Positions 15,746-29,698 of a stretch of DNA of 64,000 nt are shown here, one piece after another. The notes under the pieces are model-generated. The model was not told the origin of the DNA and did not search any database. It saw nothing but the letters and a program-made list of their open reading frames with translations. The position numbers and the translations under genes were made by a program. Position 1 is the first letter of the stretch. Every line of letters begins with the position of its first letter. Origin of the DNA: the human T2T-CHM13v2.0 reference genome, Homo sapiens; assembly GCF_009914755.1 (NCBI RefSeq), contig NC_060927.1. The stretch is one strand, 5' to 3'.

Positions 15746-17189
15746 AACACTGGAAAAGTGAGGTTTGAATTAATTTTTTCTCTCTAGGTTTTAGCCCACT
15801 GGCCAGTTATTTAGTCTCCTTCGTTTCAAAACAAAAGTCATAATGAGACCAGGTTTGGAAAATGAGGTGCCTGATGGAATCTGCCTGCCCTAGGCCTTAC
15901 TTTTGAAGAATTAATGGCTACTTTTTATTCATAGTAGTATTCCTGTTATTAATTAGAGTAATTCTGTGCTGTATTTTGCTGTTATAAGCACAGACTTTCA
16001 AGTGATGTAATCAACAACTTCCACAGCCTTATATTCCAAAGACCTGAATCTAAATTATTGAATATCATTAGTAAAGCAATTCTAATCAAATATTCACAAA
16101 CTCTTGTGACAGCCTTCAAATATCTACAGAAAAGCAAAGAAAAATTTATCATTGTAAGTATTACAAGGTCATTATTAATTAAAAAGAAAGGTGTTTATAA
16201 AACAGACTAGTGCATGGCAGATGGCACATTCACAATAAATGATATTGTTATTTTGATTACCACTTCATCTTTCTGTTAGAAGAGCAAGCAAGTAGGAGAA
16301 TAAGAATAAAAATCACATCAATGTGGACTAAGGCCTATCTTAATCCATGCATAAACTTATGCATTACATAATATACTTTTACACCTTCCAAATGTTTGCA
16401 TGAAAACATACTAAAATATAATGTCAAACTGTTAAAAAATAAATGAACAAGAAAGTTACATTACCACAATTATCTTAATATCTTGTATAGAGAAAGAAAT
16501 TAACTTCAGAGTATTCTACCAAACTCAATGTGTATCTTGCAATTACATATTTCTTGTTATAAAAGAGATTGATTCCTAATAATATAGCCACATATGAGTC
16601 TAGCTTGTCAGTGCAATATGCCATCAAAAGGGGAAAATAACTACTTAGGGAGAAGTTAGGTAAAGAGCTCTTTAGGCTGACCTTTTGCTGATAAATTGAT
16701 GATGTTCTCATTAGCAGCAACCCTGCTATTTGCCCTCAATAAAAGATAACATCCTGCTGTTAACGTAATTTCCATTTTTGTGATTTAATGACACAATTAT
16801 ATTGAAGATACTTTTTCCAAATGGATTAGGGTTTAAAAGAAGGTAAAAATGTTTTAAACATTTGTATTCTGTTTTCCCCAAACCAAATAATGTTTTTCAC
16901 ATTGTGTGATTATATACGATAAATACATCAGAAAGGTGGGTGACACTCAAGTCATTTTTAAATATACTTGCTACTAAAAATAATGGTTATTAAACCTTGT
17001 ATTATAAATATTTTAATATTTTTGTCTTCTGGTACAGCTGGCATTATTGTCCATAGGATAGTCAATTTATTTTGTACCGTGAAAAATATTACATCTTTTT
17101 CTCTGAAATTCAGATAACTCTTTTCATAATTTAACTGAATCCTGATATGGCAAAAGCCTGGTCATTAGATATATTTTCAGAAGGGAAGC

Positions 17190-17370
17190 AGCATATCATT
17201 ATGGGGAGAGCAGAGACTTTGAAATCTGGCAGATATATGTTTAAATTTTGGCTTTAACCTTTATTAGATAAGTGATTTTGAACAAATTATAGTCCCTAGA
17301 AAAATATTAGTTTTTTTCATCTGATTACGTAGTGAATGGAAAATTAGATAATGGATATAAATCACATGGT
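17190..17370 (+). mobile_element. MIR fragment
   Basis: agagcagagactttgaaatc...gtgattttgaacaaatt...ttttcatctg. Confidence 0.55.
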
Positions 17371-18530
17371 TTATAACTGATGCCAAAGCTCAGGCCTTTT
17401 AACTTGGGGCATCTAATGATTTAATGAAAGAGGACACCAAGGAAGGAGTTTCTTTCATTGTTGAGTCTCTTGCCTTGATTCATGGGACAATTAAATAATC
17501 CATAAATTGTGATATATATATATGTGTATATATATATGTTTCTGTGGGAATCATTTTTTCTTTATTTTATTATGATTCAAATGTTTGTCCATAAAATACT
17601 ATTAGTATATTTCTTAATTGTACTGGTCAGTTTGTTTTTGAGAAAAGGACATAAAAAAGAAAAGCTCAATAGAAATCATGTAAATATTGAACACTTGTAG
17701 AGCATTGTGGCTCCTATAATCAATTCCAAAGTAAAGACAAGGCTTTTATCAGACTGTCCTCCCACCACTGCCCCCCCGACACACACACGCACACTTTCCC
17801 ATAGACATGAGTACCTGGACAAGAAAAGACAGACAGTGGCACCTTAGTTGGGCAACTGCTGTACTCAGAGGAAAAACAGGGATCCGCTAAAAGGCAAAAG
17901 CCAGCAGAGATTGCTGTCCCCTGTAGGGTGCAAAAAAGATATTGTTGGCTGGTGAAGTACTAGAATTTCTAGTAGAAACAGACACTGTTATGACCAAGGC
18001 AGAAACATCTTAGAATTTCCCAGAAATATTAGGGGTCAGATTTTGCAGATATTTAGATGTCTATTGTAAACAATCAGAGACAGAAAGCGGCCAAAATCTG
18101 AAAATATTTGTTTTCAAAGTTATGTAATAACATAGCTTTCTATAACTGTATGGCATGTTACCATTGTGCTGTTATAAACAATAGAGATTTGCCCTTTAAA
18201 AAACAATATTCTATGTATGTATATATATATGTATGTGTGTCTATATATAGGATATAGAAACATTTATATGTAAGGTAGCAAATATAATATATATTAAATT
18301 GACCGTGAAATATGTGCATCTGTAGATTCAAGTAGATCTGTATATTTAAGTACACCATGAAATATGTGAATCTGAAGAAAAAATGTTTAGAAGCAGCACA
18401 TCTCTAAACAATGGCAAAAGTCTGAATTCTGCAATTCATTTTTCTATAAACCAATATATAAATATTTCAACATTCTGCACATTAATATTGTAATATGCTA
18501 AAACTGTTACATTTTAGTATGCCAAAGTGA

Positions 18531-18849
<319 letters not shown>

Positions 18850-19368
18850 ACAGGCATATTGTTAATACCTCATGTAAATATAAATAATTTAACTCATCAT
18901 TTTACTACATAAAATTTATTGTTTAAAGTTATTGAATTATTAATACACTGCATGTATTATATAAGGTAGATATTTTCATCAACTACATTGGAAACTTTAA
19001 CTGTAATATTTTCTGAACTTTTATAAAACATGAGGGTTTGTTTTTACATTATTTATACTGTGAATTCAACATTAGCAGATTGTTGAGAATACAATTAAAA
19101 ACTCATAGTATTATTGAACTCATTGTATATATTTAAATAAGAATAAAATATTTTTTACTCCAAAAATGTTTACTCTTCCATGGTTGTTTAGTTCAAGATG
19201 GACCAGTGATCACTCACTTCAATTTTGAACAATCCTTTTAACTTTCTATAGCAAAGGCTGTTAAATGAAATAATATCTATAATTACGATTTTCCTATATT
19301 TTTTAAATTTAGAACTTTATATTTCATTTAATCAACCATCTTTAATCTTTCATAATTTTTTTTTTTTT

Positions 19369-19583
19369 CGGAGACAGGAGTTTTATTATTCAAATCAGTT
19401 TTGCCCAAGCATTCCAGGATCAGAGATTTTAAGGATAATTTGGCGGGTGGAGGAAAGCCAGTGAGTCAAGAGTGCTGATTGGTTGGCAGGAGATGAAACC
19501 ATAGGGAACTGAAGCTGTCCTCTTGCACTGAGTCAGTCAGTTCCAGGGTGAGCCACAAGATCACATGAGCCAGCTTATCAATC
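19369..19583 (-). mobile_element. LTR8-like (ERV1) fragment, apparently carried here as an L1 3' transduction
   Basis: ggagacaggagttttattatt...gaagctgtcctcttgcactgagtcag resembles LTR8; poly(T) on both sides; truncated just after its AATAAA on the minus strand. Confidence 0.8.
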
Positions 19584-19618
19584 TTTTTTTTTTTTTTTAA
19601 GATGTGTGGTATTATTTC

Positions 19619-20554
19619 TTTTTTTTTATTTTTATTTTTTATTATACTTTATGTTTTAGGGTACATGCGCACATTGTGCAGGTTAGTTACATATGTATAC
19701 ATGTGCCATGCTGGTGCGCTGCACCCACTAACTCATCATCTAGCATTAGGTGTATCTCCCAATGCTATCCCTCCCCCATCCCCCCACCCCACCACAGTCC
19801 CCAGAGTGTGATATTCCCCTTCCTGTGTCCATGTGATCTCATTGTTCAATTCCCACCTATGAGTGAGAATATGCAGTGTTTGGTTTTTTGTTCTTGCGAT
19901 ACTTTACTGAGAATGATGATTTCCAATTTCATCCATGTCCCTACAAAGGACATGAACTCATCATTTTTTATGGCTGCATAGTATTCCATGGTGTATATGT
20001 GCCACATTTTCTTAATCCAGTCTATCATTGTTGGACATTTGGGTTGGTTCCAAGTCTTTGCTATTGTGAATAGTGCCACAATAAACATACATGTGCATGT
20101 GTCTTTATAGCAGCATGATTTATAATCCTTTGGGTATATACCCAGTAATGGGATGGCTGGGTCAAATGGTATTTCTAGTTCAAGATCCCTGAGGAATCAC
20201 CACACTGACTTCCACACTGGTTGAACTAGTTTATAGTCCCACCAACAGTGTAAAAGTGTTCCTATTTCTCCACATCCTCTCCAGCACCTGTTGTTTCCTG
20301 ACTTTTTAATGATTGCCATTCTAACTGGTGTGAGATGGTACCTCATTGTGGTTTTGATTTGCATTTCTCTGATGGCCAGTGATGATAAGCATTTTTTCAT
20401 GTGTTTTTTGGCTGCATAAATGTCTTCTTTTGAGAAGTGTCTGTTCATGTCCTTCGCCCACTTTTTGATGGGGTTGTTTGTTTTTTTCTTGTAAATTTGT
20501 TTGAGTTCATTGTAGATTCTGGATATTAGCCCTTTGTCAGATGAGTAGGTTGCG
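19619..20554 (-). mobile_element. L1PA2-like 3' fragment (about 0.93 kb)
   Basis: Near-consensus ORF2 C-terminus ([20 protein letters not shown]...) and young 3'UTR (cacattgtgcaggttagttac); GAG rather than the Ta ACA diagnostic. Confidence 0.93.
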
Positions 20555-20662
20555 CATTCTCTAGAGAAGAACGATCACCAATAGCAAATGGCAGTTGGAA
20601 TAACGCAACACCAAACGCTGCTTTCACGCTCATGAGAGAACACAAATATCTCCTCCTCGTGG
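20553..20662 (-). pseudogene. U3 snoRNA (SNORD3)-like 3'-domain retrocopy fused to L1
   Basis: Minus strand ccacgaggaggaga...tgagcgtgaa...caactgcc...attggtgatcgttcttctct aligns by eye to U3 from about nt 76 (CCACGAGGAAGAGA...TGAGCGTGAAG...CAACTGCC...ATTGATGATCGTTCTTCTCT). Confidence 0.88.
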
Positions 20663-23435
20663 CATAATTTTCAAAAACCACAATTAAGTGGGCCTCCAGA
20701 AGACAATTAACAGTATCAGTTCCCAAGTTCTGATTTACACTGATTCATTACTGACAATATGCCTTTCTCTCATCTTACATCTTTCAAACTTTATACATAA
20801 AACTGGGTGTTGGCTTCCTGGATTTAACCTGGGCTCAATGTCATCACCATTCATAACCTTTCTCTTATTCTACCACTTTCAGATAATTTAGGTTTACTGA
20901 AGTCAGTAGCGGGTCTCCATCTGTTAGTCCTTCCTTCATGAATAGCGATCCGGCAGCCATCTAAAACAACTAGCAAGGTAAATGGAAACTTTGCTCAAAT
21001 GCATTTAAACAATTAAGACAAGAAAAATGAGAGAAATCCTCCATAATACATTTAGAAAGAGCACAATGCCGTTTTCAAAGTTTAGATGTCACTCATGTCT
21101 CTAAATTATTATCATGTGTAATTATTGAAATAATGAAAGATTTTACAAGTTTGCACTTAAGGGTCCCATGAAGCACATAAACTCCACTGTGTTAATTCCA
21201 TACTATAGACATCAAAGATGGAGTAATTCAAACTGAGTTTACAGAAATAACATAAATTTTAATCCAGTCACAGAATAAAGATATCATTATGAAACATTTC
21301 ATGAGGCTATCATTTCAAAAAGCCAAACTGGGCCACATGAATAAATAAATTCATAAATAAATACAACAAAAAATGGATATGAGATATTAATCTTCCACAG
21401 ATCTATAAATATACATCTGTCTATGAATTCATATTAATATTTATTTTGCCATAGGTCAAGAAAGCTTGAGAATGCAAGGGTGAGATGAAGGCAGAAAATA
21501 TGGTTAAGGAAGTGAGAAAAGTAAGATCTGACAGCTTAAGATTAGTAAATTCTCATATGGGATATTAGAAGCAAAGAACAACCCTAAAAGTTTGCAGGAT
21601 AATTTATTGTAATAGAATAATATGTTCTAAATTGTTTTACAAATTGTATCTTTATATAAAATGTAAATTTTATGTTTTTGTATTTTTTTATGTTTTAAAG
21701 CTTTACAATAGTATTACACAATAAAATGACAATAGAAATTATTCCATTGTATTAGAAAGTTAAAGTGAAAGCTTATTAAACCTTAAACTTCATAGAAAAG
21801 ATAGTAAAATATTCTAATCGGTTGCATTTTGAAGGATAGCTCATTTTAAAAAATATATATGAAATAATATAAATTAATTAGATTTAAGAAACATAGATCA
21901 TTGTTTTTTTCCAAAATTGTTTTACTAACTGATGTCAAAAAAGTGTCTTAAAATTAGTGCTCCTATCTCCCGTTTACTATTCTTCCCATATCAAACCCTT
22001 ACTTATTTTAGATATCAATTACCAGTTTAAAAGTAAACATGTAATAGTTGTAACTCTCCATAATTATGTTTTCTTCCATTAACTTTTAAATTTATCTTCC
22101 ATTGTTTTTCTTCTGTTATTCTGGGTCTAGTGCCTTACCATACAAAAGATACTGATTATAACTTAGTTGATATTTGAGGTTTGAAAGAGTGGTTGTGTTT
22201 TGAGTCCTTCAAATGTGTTTGAAAATTAAATCAACAACAACAATAAACATGTTTCTTTGATTGTAAGAGTACTTTTTGTTTGAGTAGGGAAAAAAAGCTT
22301 AGTAATATATCAAGTTAAATAATCTAAAACAATTATTACATTTAACACATGGAAGAGAAATATTGTTTTAAAAATATAGCATATACGGTTTGCCAATTGT
22401 ACTCAAAGCTCTTTTGTGGGTGACAGGCAGAGTCAACACCTTATAAAATGTAATTCACATTTGTGGACAATATTGACACTGACCAATAACCAATTTCCTC
22501 TCCTTGAGCATGACAGACACGATAGTTTGTGCTCATTTCCAGTTAGGCACAGGTATAGGACTAGTTCTGGGCAATGAAATGTGAGTAGAAGTAATGTTTG
22601 TTTTTTACAGTTGAGATAGTGACATTCTCTGCTCATGTGACATTCCCTGTTCACTCTCTCTTTCTCTCTCAGTCCAGCAATGATTGTAAAAGTTCTGAGG
22701 TTGTTACTGCATCAAAATTTAGTCTATATTGACTGTAATACTGTTAAACATAATTTCAAACATACATCATGATGATTCTTTACAACCCTGTATAGGAAGG
22801 CCAAGGGTAGTAGTCAAAGCCTGGCAGGAATCTTGTTTACCTAAAGATAAAAGCAGATGGTATAAGTGACATCTGCCAACAGACATAGGTGGAGGATACA
22901 GAAAAATTCACATAGTCCATCAGTTATATACATGATTTGAGTTACCCTCAGCACCTGTCTTTTCAATAAGAATCAGTTTAGCTAATACATGATCTCAAGG
23001 AGAAGAATGCCAGAGTCAAAGAATCAGGAGAGCAAAACAATAGTTTTCTAAATGGCCTGAATCATTTGTAAATTATCTACAATATTCAAATCCTGTAAGA
23101 CTAGAAGTTATATCATATTCCACTTACTCTGTGAATGAAAGTCCAAGGTTTAGAGGAGAGGAGAGAAGAACTAAGACCACTGTATGTTAAAACTCAACCA
23201 TTAATATTTCTTTTCATTTAATTAACTCACTTTCTGGGAGAACTTGATGTTTGGTTTGACTACTCAGTTTTTATTTCATGAGCACTACATCCTCTTATTT
23301 TTTAGGGCCTTCCTTTTATGTATCATAAGTTTCTGCAGTTTACCATCTGAACACTCTATAATTTTAACTTCCAGACGATTATTCTCCTCACATTATGCTA
23401 TGCAAAATTGATCCTTATCTGACATTCTTTCAACC

Positions 23436-23437
<2 letters not shown>

Positions 23438-23466
<29 letters not shown>
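23438..23466. repeat. (CA)n microsatellite
   Basis: Pure CA run, seen directly. Confidence 0.95.
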
Positions 23467-24276
23467 GATTACATTACCCCAAGTCTCTGGTTTTTGCTCT
23501 GGTTCTATTGAAAGGAACTGACTCCAGCACAGCGAACTGGACATGCAAGTAAGAAACCCTGTATTGACCCATGACGGAATATATAGAGACTCTAGGCAAG
23601 AGCAGAAAATCAGCAATAACATCTAATGAGCCAAACAGCCAATCTTGGCATCAAGTGGGTATAAAACTTGACTGCAGGGCTTCCCTTGCAGATCCAATGT
23701 AAGTAAATAATGATAAAAGTCTTACTTATACTATGCAAATTAAAATAGTATCTAACTTTTTAAGGAAAGACACTTGGAAATATATTTCTATATAATCATA
23801 AAAAGTCAAACTCACACATAAGCCTTCAATTAGCTGATACATTCTTTAAATGATTTTCCAATGCACTAACACCTAGAAGGGAAAAATAAAACTTATTATA
23901 ATAAAAAAGGATGCACATCGTTGAGAAATCAATAGGTAATTTTGTCCATTGATCCCTTCTTTTTTCCTTGCCCCAAGGTGCATGAAAAGAAATAGCTTGA
24001 CAGTGGTTTCCGATTTTTAGATATAATTGCAAATCCTTTAATTCTGGCTTAGGCATAGGCATTTGTCATATTATAGCTAATGTATATTAATATATATTTT
24101 CCTAAATTTACAAAGTAATAATGAGAAAACAAATAAAATACAAAATTTAGGATTTCTTTTACTTTGTCGATTTTGATTTAACAGAATCTCATTCTAAAGA
24201 TTATGAAGACTGACCATATCGGTAATAAATGAACACTGATGTATTTTAATTTAAAAGACATTTGGAGGTTCTTACA

Positions 24277-24332
24277 AATTTTTTTCACTTACATTTAATC
24301 TTCTAATTTTTTTCACTTACATTTAATCTTCT
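24277..24332. repeat. 28-bp perfect tandem duplication
   Basis: aatttttttcacttacatttaatcttct x2. Confidence 0.95.
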
Positions 24333-24687
24333 AAATTATCTTTAATTTTTATGTTGTGGCTCTTTCCTTTTCAAGCTTCAATTCTTTCTCTTACCACCTT
24401 TCTTATTCTTCCATGCCTGGGTCATAGAACTAAATTTACCTGTTCCACAAATGTCATTATCAGTATGTATTTTATTTTAAGCAAGTCCATCTCCTCAGAG
24501 GATTCCCTTGTATCCTGCTAAGCAGGTAAATGTTTGGCTCCCCGAGTTCTGAAAATCACAGGAGTAGGAGACTGGAGGTGTTACCGTCCAGAATGCAGTC
24601 CTTAATCTGAAGCCCTGGATTTCACAATGCACTTTCCATCTGCACTCACAGAAGTCTTATGCCACTAAACTGAATCAGGCTCTTTGA

Positions 24688-25040
<353 letters not shown>

Positions 25041-25387
25041 GGTTCTTACAAATTTTAAATATCCAAGAAACGTAATTTTTATTCTTGTAAGCCATCGCGT
25101 GTAATATGACCAGTGTTTAAAATACCTTATGGTATCTGCAATGACACTTATGAGGCATAAATTTATATAAATGCTTATGTCATGGGTTGAAAACGCAGTG
25201 GTGGGGTCTTAGGATAGAAAATAATACATGCCCTTCATACAAATAAGCTAAGAACAAGTACAGCAGCATGCTGCCTTGAGGAGGGCACTGTGGAGAATAA
25301 CGCAAGAGGAAGGGGCAGAGAGAGCAGACAGTCTGAGCCCACTTCCCAATTTGGCCCAAGACAGGCAGGAAAGGGAGACAGTACAAA

Positions 25388-25530
25388 GTTTATTTTTTAA
25401 TATATATCAACTCATATTTGAAGTTCCAGGGTACATGTACAGGATGTGCAGGTTTGTTATGTAGGTAAACGTGGTTTGCTATGGTGGTTTGCTACACAGA
25501 ACAACCCATCACCCAGGTATTAAGCACAGT
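25388..25530 (-). mobile_element. Older L1PA 3'-end fragment
   Basis: gggtacatgtacaggatgtgcaggtttgtt...cccatcacccaggtattaagc. Confidence 0.85.
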
Positions 25531-26222
25531 CATTAGGGAAAACTCTCAAGGATTCAAAGGAGTATAAAAATCAATTTTAAAATAAAATATTATGTGGAAT
25601 TGTTATTTAATACTTATTGAAAAAGTTAATTCTATTAGAAAAAGCAGACATTAATTCTTTTTTTTAGATTCAAAGTAAATGGAAATAATATAATGGATAA
25701 AATACATAGAGTTAATGGCTTTTAATCCTTATTATTAACTCAGGCTACTGGAGCCACATAATAACCTTAATGTCTAATGAATATATTATTTCAGAATAAA
25801 GTTCTTTTCGGAGAGTGGTATTTAACTGTTGAATGCCCTTTATCTCAAGAGAATTGATTTGCATTTAAATGAGCAGTCCTTCAAGTAATTATCCATGGAG
25901 ATTTTTTTTAATATAAAAAGTGTTGAGTACCTGTTTTAGAACATATAGAAATTACGGTGTACTTTGGTTAACACCGATAATGTTGGACAATTAAATTAAT
26001 ACTTTAAAAATTATATTCTCTACCACTTAATAAACTAAATTAATTAAAGATTCTTAAGGAAATAATACATTATCCACTTCAAATTAAGGAACAGCAATTT
26101 TTTACTGTTTTGAGCATCAGTATACATCTTGATAGGATAATTGGGTGGTGTGCCATTTAAAAATACAAACAAATCCTCAATTATCATCATTATTTACTTA
26201 TATCAAAATTTTTACTCCAGGA

Positions 26223-28616
26223 GAAACATACCTCCGAGATATTGTGGGTTTGTTTTCAGACCATTGCAATAAAGTGAATATCACAATAAAGCAAGTCCTA
26301 TGAATTCTTTTGGCTTCCCCATGCATATAAAAGTTATGTGTACACTGTACTGTAGTGTACTAAGTATGCAATAGTATTATGTCTAAAAAAAGTACATACC
26401 TTAATGACAAATACATTATTGCTAAAAATGTTAATGATCATCTAATATTTTGGTGAATCATAAACTTTTTGCTGGTGAATGGTCATGACTTCACGTTATT
26501 GGCTGCTGATTGATCAAGTTGGTGGTTGCTGAAGGTTGAGGTGACTGTGGCAATTTCTGTAAAATAAGATAACAACAAAATTTGCTGTATCAATTGACTC
26601 TTCATTTCATGAAAGATTTTTCTGTAGCATGCAATGCTGTGGATAGCACTTTATCCACAGTAGGACATCTTTCAAAATTAGAGTCAACCCTCTCAAATCT
26701 TACCATTGCTTTATAAACTAGGTTTATGCGATATCGTAAATCCTGTGTTGTTTCAACGATGTTCATAGCATCTTCACCAAGACTAGATTTCATCTCAAGA
26801 AACTACTTTATTTGTTTATTCAAAGAAGCAAATTCCCATCCATTCAAGTTTTACCATGAGATAGCAGCAATTCAGTCACATTTTCAAGCTCCACTTCTAA
26901 TTCTAGTTCTTTTGCTATTTCCACCATATTTGCAGTTATCTCCTCCACTGAAGTCTTGAGCTCCTCAAAGGTACCATGAGGGCTGAATCAATTTCTTCCA
27001 AACTCCTGTTAATGTTGATATTTTGACCTCCTATGATTCATAAATGTTCTCAATGAGATCTAGAATGGTTAATCCTTTCTGACTTTGCCCAGATCCATCA
27101 GAAGAATCACTATCTTTGGCAACAATAGACTTAGAAAATGTATTTATGAAATCATAAGACTTGAACATCAAAATTCTCCTTGATCCATGAGCTTCAGAAT
27201 GGATGTTGTGTTAGCAGGAATGAAAACAACATTAATCTCCCTAGACATCTTTATTAGAGCCACCAAGTGACCAGGTGCATTGTCAGTGAGCAGTAATATT
27301 TTAAAAGAAATATTTTTTCTAAGTAGAAGGCTCAACATTGGGCCTAAAATATTCAGTAAACCATGCTGTGAACAGGTTATGTTTTTATCCATGCTTTGTT
27401 ATTTCATCTGTAGAGCACAAGCAAAGTAGATTTAGCGTAATTCTCAATAGCACTAGGATTTTTGAAACGGTACATGAGCATTGGCAACAAGTTAAAGCCA
27501 CCAGCTGCATAAGCTTCTATTCAGAGAGTCAATCGGTCCTTTGAAGATCTGAAGCCAGGAAGTAACCTTTCTTTAGCTATAAAAGCCCTAGATGGCAAGT
27601 TTTTCGAATAAAAGGCTGTTTTGTCTATATTAAAAATCAGTTGTTGATTATAGCCACATTCATCAATGATCCTAGCCTGATTTTCTGGGTAACTTGCTAG
27701 TTTCTACATCAGCATTTGCTGCTTCACCTTGCACTTTTATGTTTTGCTTTCTTTCTCAAACCTCTGAACCAACCTCTGCTAGCTTCAAGCTCTTTTTTTT
27801 TTTTTTTTCTCAGCACCTTCCTCACCTCTCCTTTAGCCTTCATGGAATTAAAGCGAGTAAGAGCCTTGCTCTGAATTAGGCTTTGGCTAAGGGAAATATT
27901 CTAGCTGATTTGATCTTCTGTCCAGATAGCCAAAACTTCCTCCATATCAGCAATAAGGCTGTATTACTTTCTTATAATTTGTGCATTCACTGGAGTAGCA
28001 CTTCTAATTTCTTTCAAGAACTTTTCCTTTGCATTCATAATATAGCTATTTGGTACAAGAGGCTTAGTTTGGAGCTTATTTCAGCTGTTGACATACCTTT
28101 TTCACTATACTTAATTATTTCTACCTTTCTATTTACAGTTAAAGACATGCAACTTTTCCTTTCACTTGAACACTTAGAGGCCATTGTACGTTTATTATTT
28201 GGCCTAATTCTAATACTGTTGTGTCTCAGAGAGTAGAGAGGCCTGAGGAGAGGAAGGCAGACAAGGGAAAGACAAGGGAAACACTGGTCAGTGGAGCAGT
28301 CAGAACACATAAAACATTTGTTTATTAAGTTTGACTACTAACATAGGCACAGTTTGTGTCACCCCAAAGCAATTAGTAACATCAAGGATTGCTAATCGCA
28401 CATCACCATGACATATATAATCATAATATAAAGTTAAAAATTGTGAAAATTATCAAAATGTGACAAAGACAAAAAGAGGGCACTTGCTGTTGTAAAAATG
28501 GTGCTGATAGACTTGTTCAATGCAAGTCTATCAATTTGTAAAAAACCTTCAGTTTGTAAAAAATGCATTACATGCAAAGAGCAATGAAGTGAAGTTCAAT
28601 AAAACAAGTTATACCT
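26223..28616 (-). mobile_element. Tigger1 DNA transposon, near full length (about 2.4 kb), decayed transposase
   Basis: Both TIR-like ends; pogo-type transposase remnants ([12 protein letters not shown]...[18 protein letters not shown]; MASKCSSERKSCMSLT) on the minus strand. Confidence 0.93.
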
Positions 28617-29698
28617 TATCGGGGAATCTGCCCCAATATTCGCATAGGCTCATTTCTATTTTCCTTAAGCGTCAGCCAGCTTGAGAAATAAAGGGACAGA
28701 GTACAAAAGAGAGAAATTTTAAAGCTGGGTGTCCAGGGGAGACATCACATGTCGGTAGGTTCTGTGATGCCCCACAAGCCTCAAAACCAGCAAGTTTTTA
28801 TTAGGGATTTTCAAAAGGGGAGGGAATGTACGAATAGGTGTGGGTCACAGAGATCACGTGCTTCACAAGGTAATAGAATATCACAAGGCAAGTGGAGGCA
28901 GGGCGAGATCACAGGACCACAGGACCACAGGACCGAGGTGAAATTAAAATTGCAAACGAAGTTTCGGGCACCATTGTGATTGATAACATCTTATCAGGAG
29001 ACAGGGTTTTGAGATCAACCGGTCTGACCAAAATTTATTAGGCGAGAATTTCCTCTTCCTAATAAGCCTGGGAGCTATGGGAGACTGGGGTCTATTTCAC
29101 CCCTGCAGTCTCGACCATAAGAGACGGCACACCTAGGGGGACTGTTTATAAGCCTATACCTCCAGGCACATATTCTCTTTCCCAGGGATGTTCCTTGCTG
29201 AGAAAAAGAATTCAGAAATATTTCTCCCATTTGCTTTTGAAAGAAGAGAAATATGGCTCTGTTCCGCCCAGCTCACCAGCGGTCAGAGTTTAAGGTTATC
29301 TCTCTTATTCCCTGAACAATTGCTGTTATCCTGTTCTTTTTTCAAGGTGTCCAAATTTCATATTGCTCAAACACACAGGCTGTAAAATTTGTGCAGTTAA
29401 TGCAATTATTACAGGGTCCTGAGGTGACATACATCCTCCTCAGCTATAAAATGACAGGATTAAGAGATTAAAGTAAAGACAGGCATAGGAAATTGCAAGG
29501 GTATTGATTGGGGAAGTGATAAGTGTCCATGAAATCTTTACAATTTATGTTTAGTGACTGCAGTAAAGACAGGCATAAGAAATTATAAAAGTATTAATTT
29601 GGGGAACTAATAAATGCCCATGAAATCTTCACAATCCATGTTCTTCTGCCATGGCTTCAGCCAGTCCCTCCGTTTGGGGTCCCTGACTTCCCACAACA
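28617..29698 (-). mobile_element. MER11 (HERV-K11/HML-8) solo LTR with 6-bp TSD
   Basis: Minus strand starts tgttgtgggaagtcagggacccc; TSD atacct at 28611-28616 and 29699-29704. Confidence 0.92.

Noticed and set aside
20672-20962. Possible processed-pseudogene 5' part upstream of the U3 piece (agatggctgcc on the minus strand)
   Set aside because: Lies outside the TSD at 20663-20671; no recognisable ORF, so treated as flanking DNA
26602-28310. Tigger1 transposase as a functional CDS
   Set aside because: Broken into short frames by stops and frameshifts
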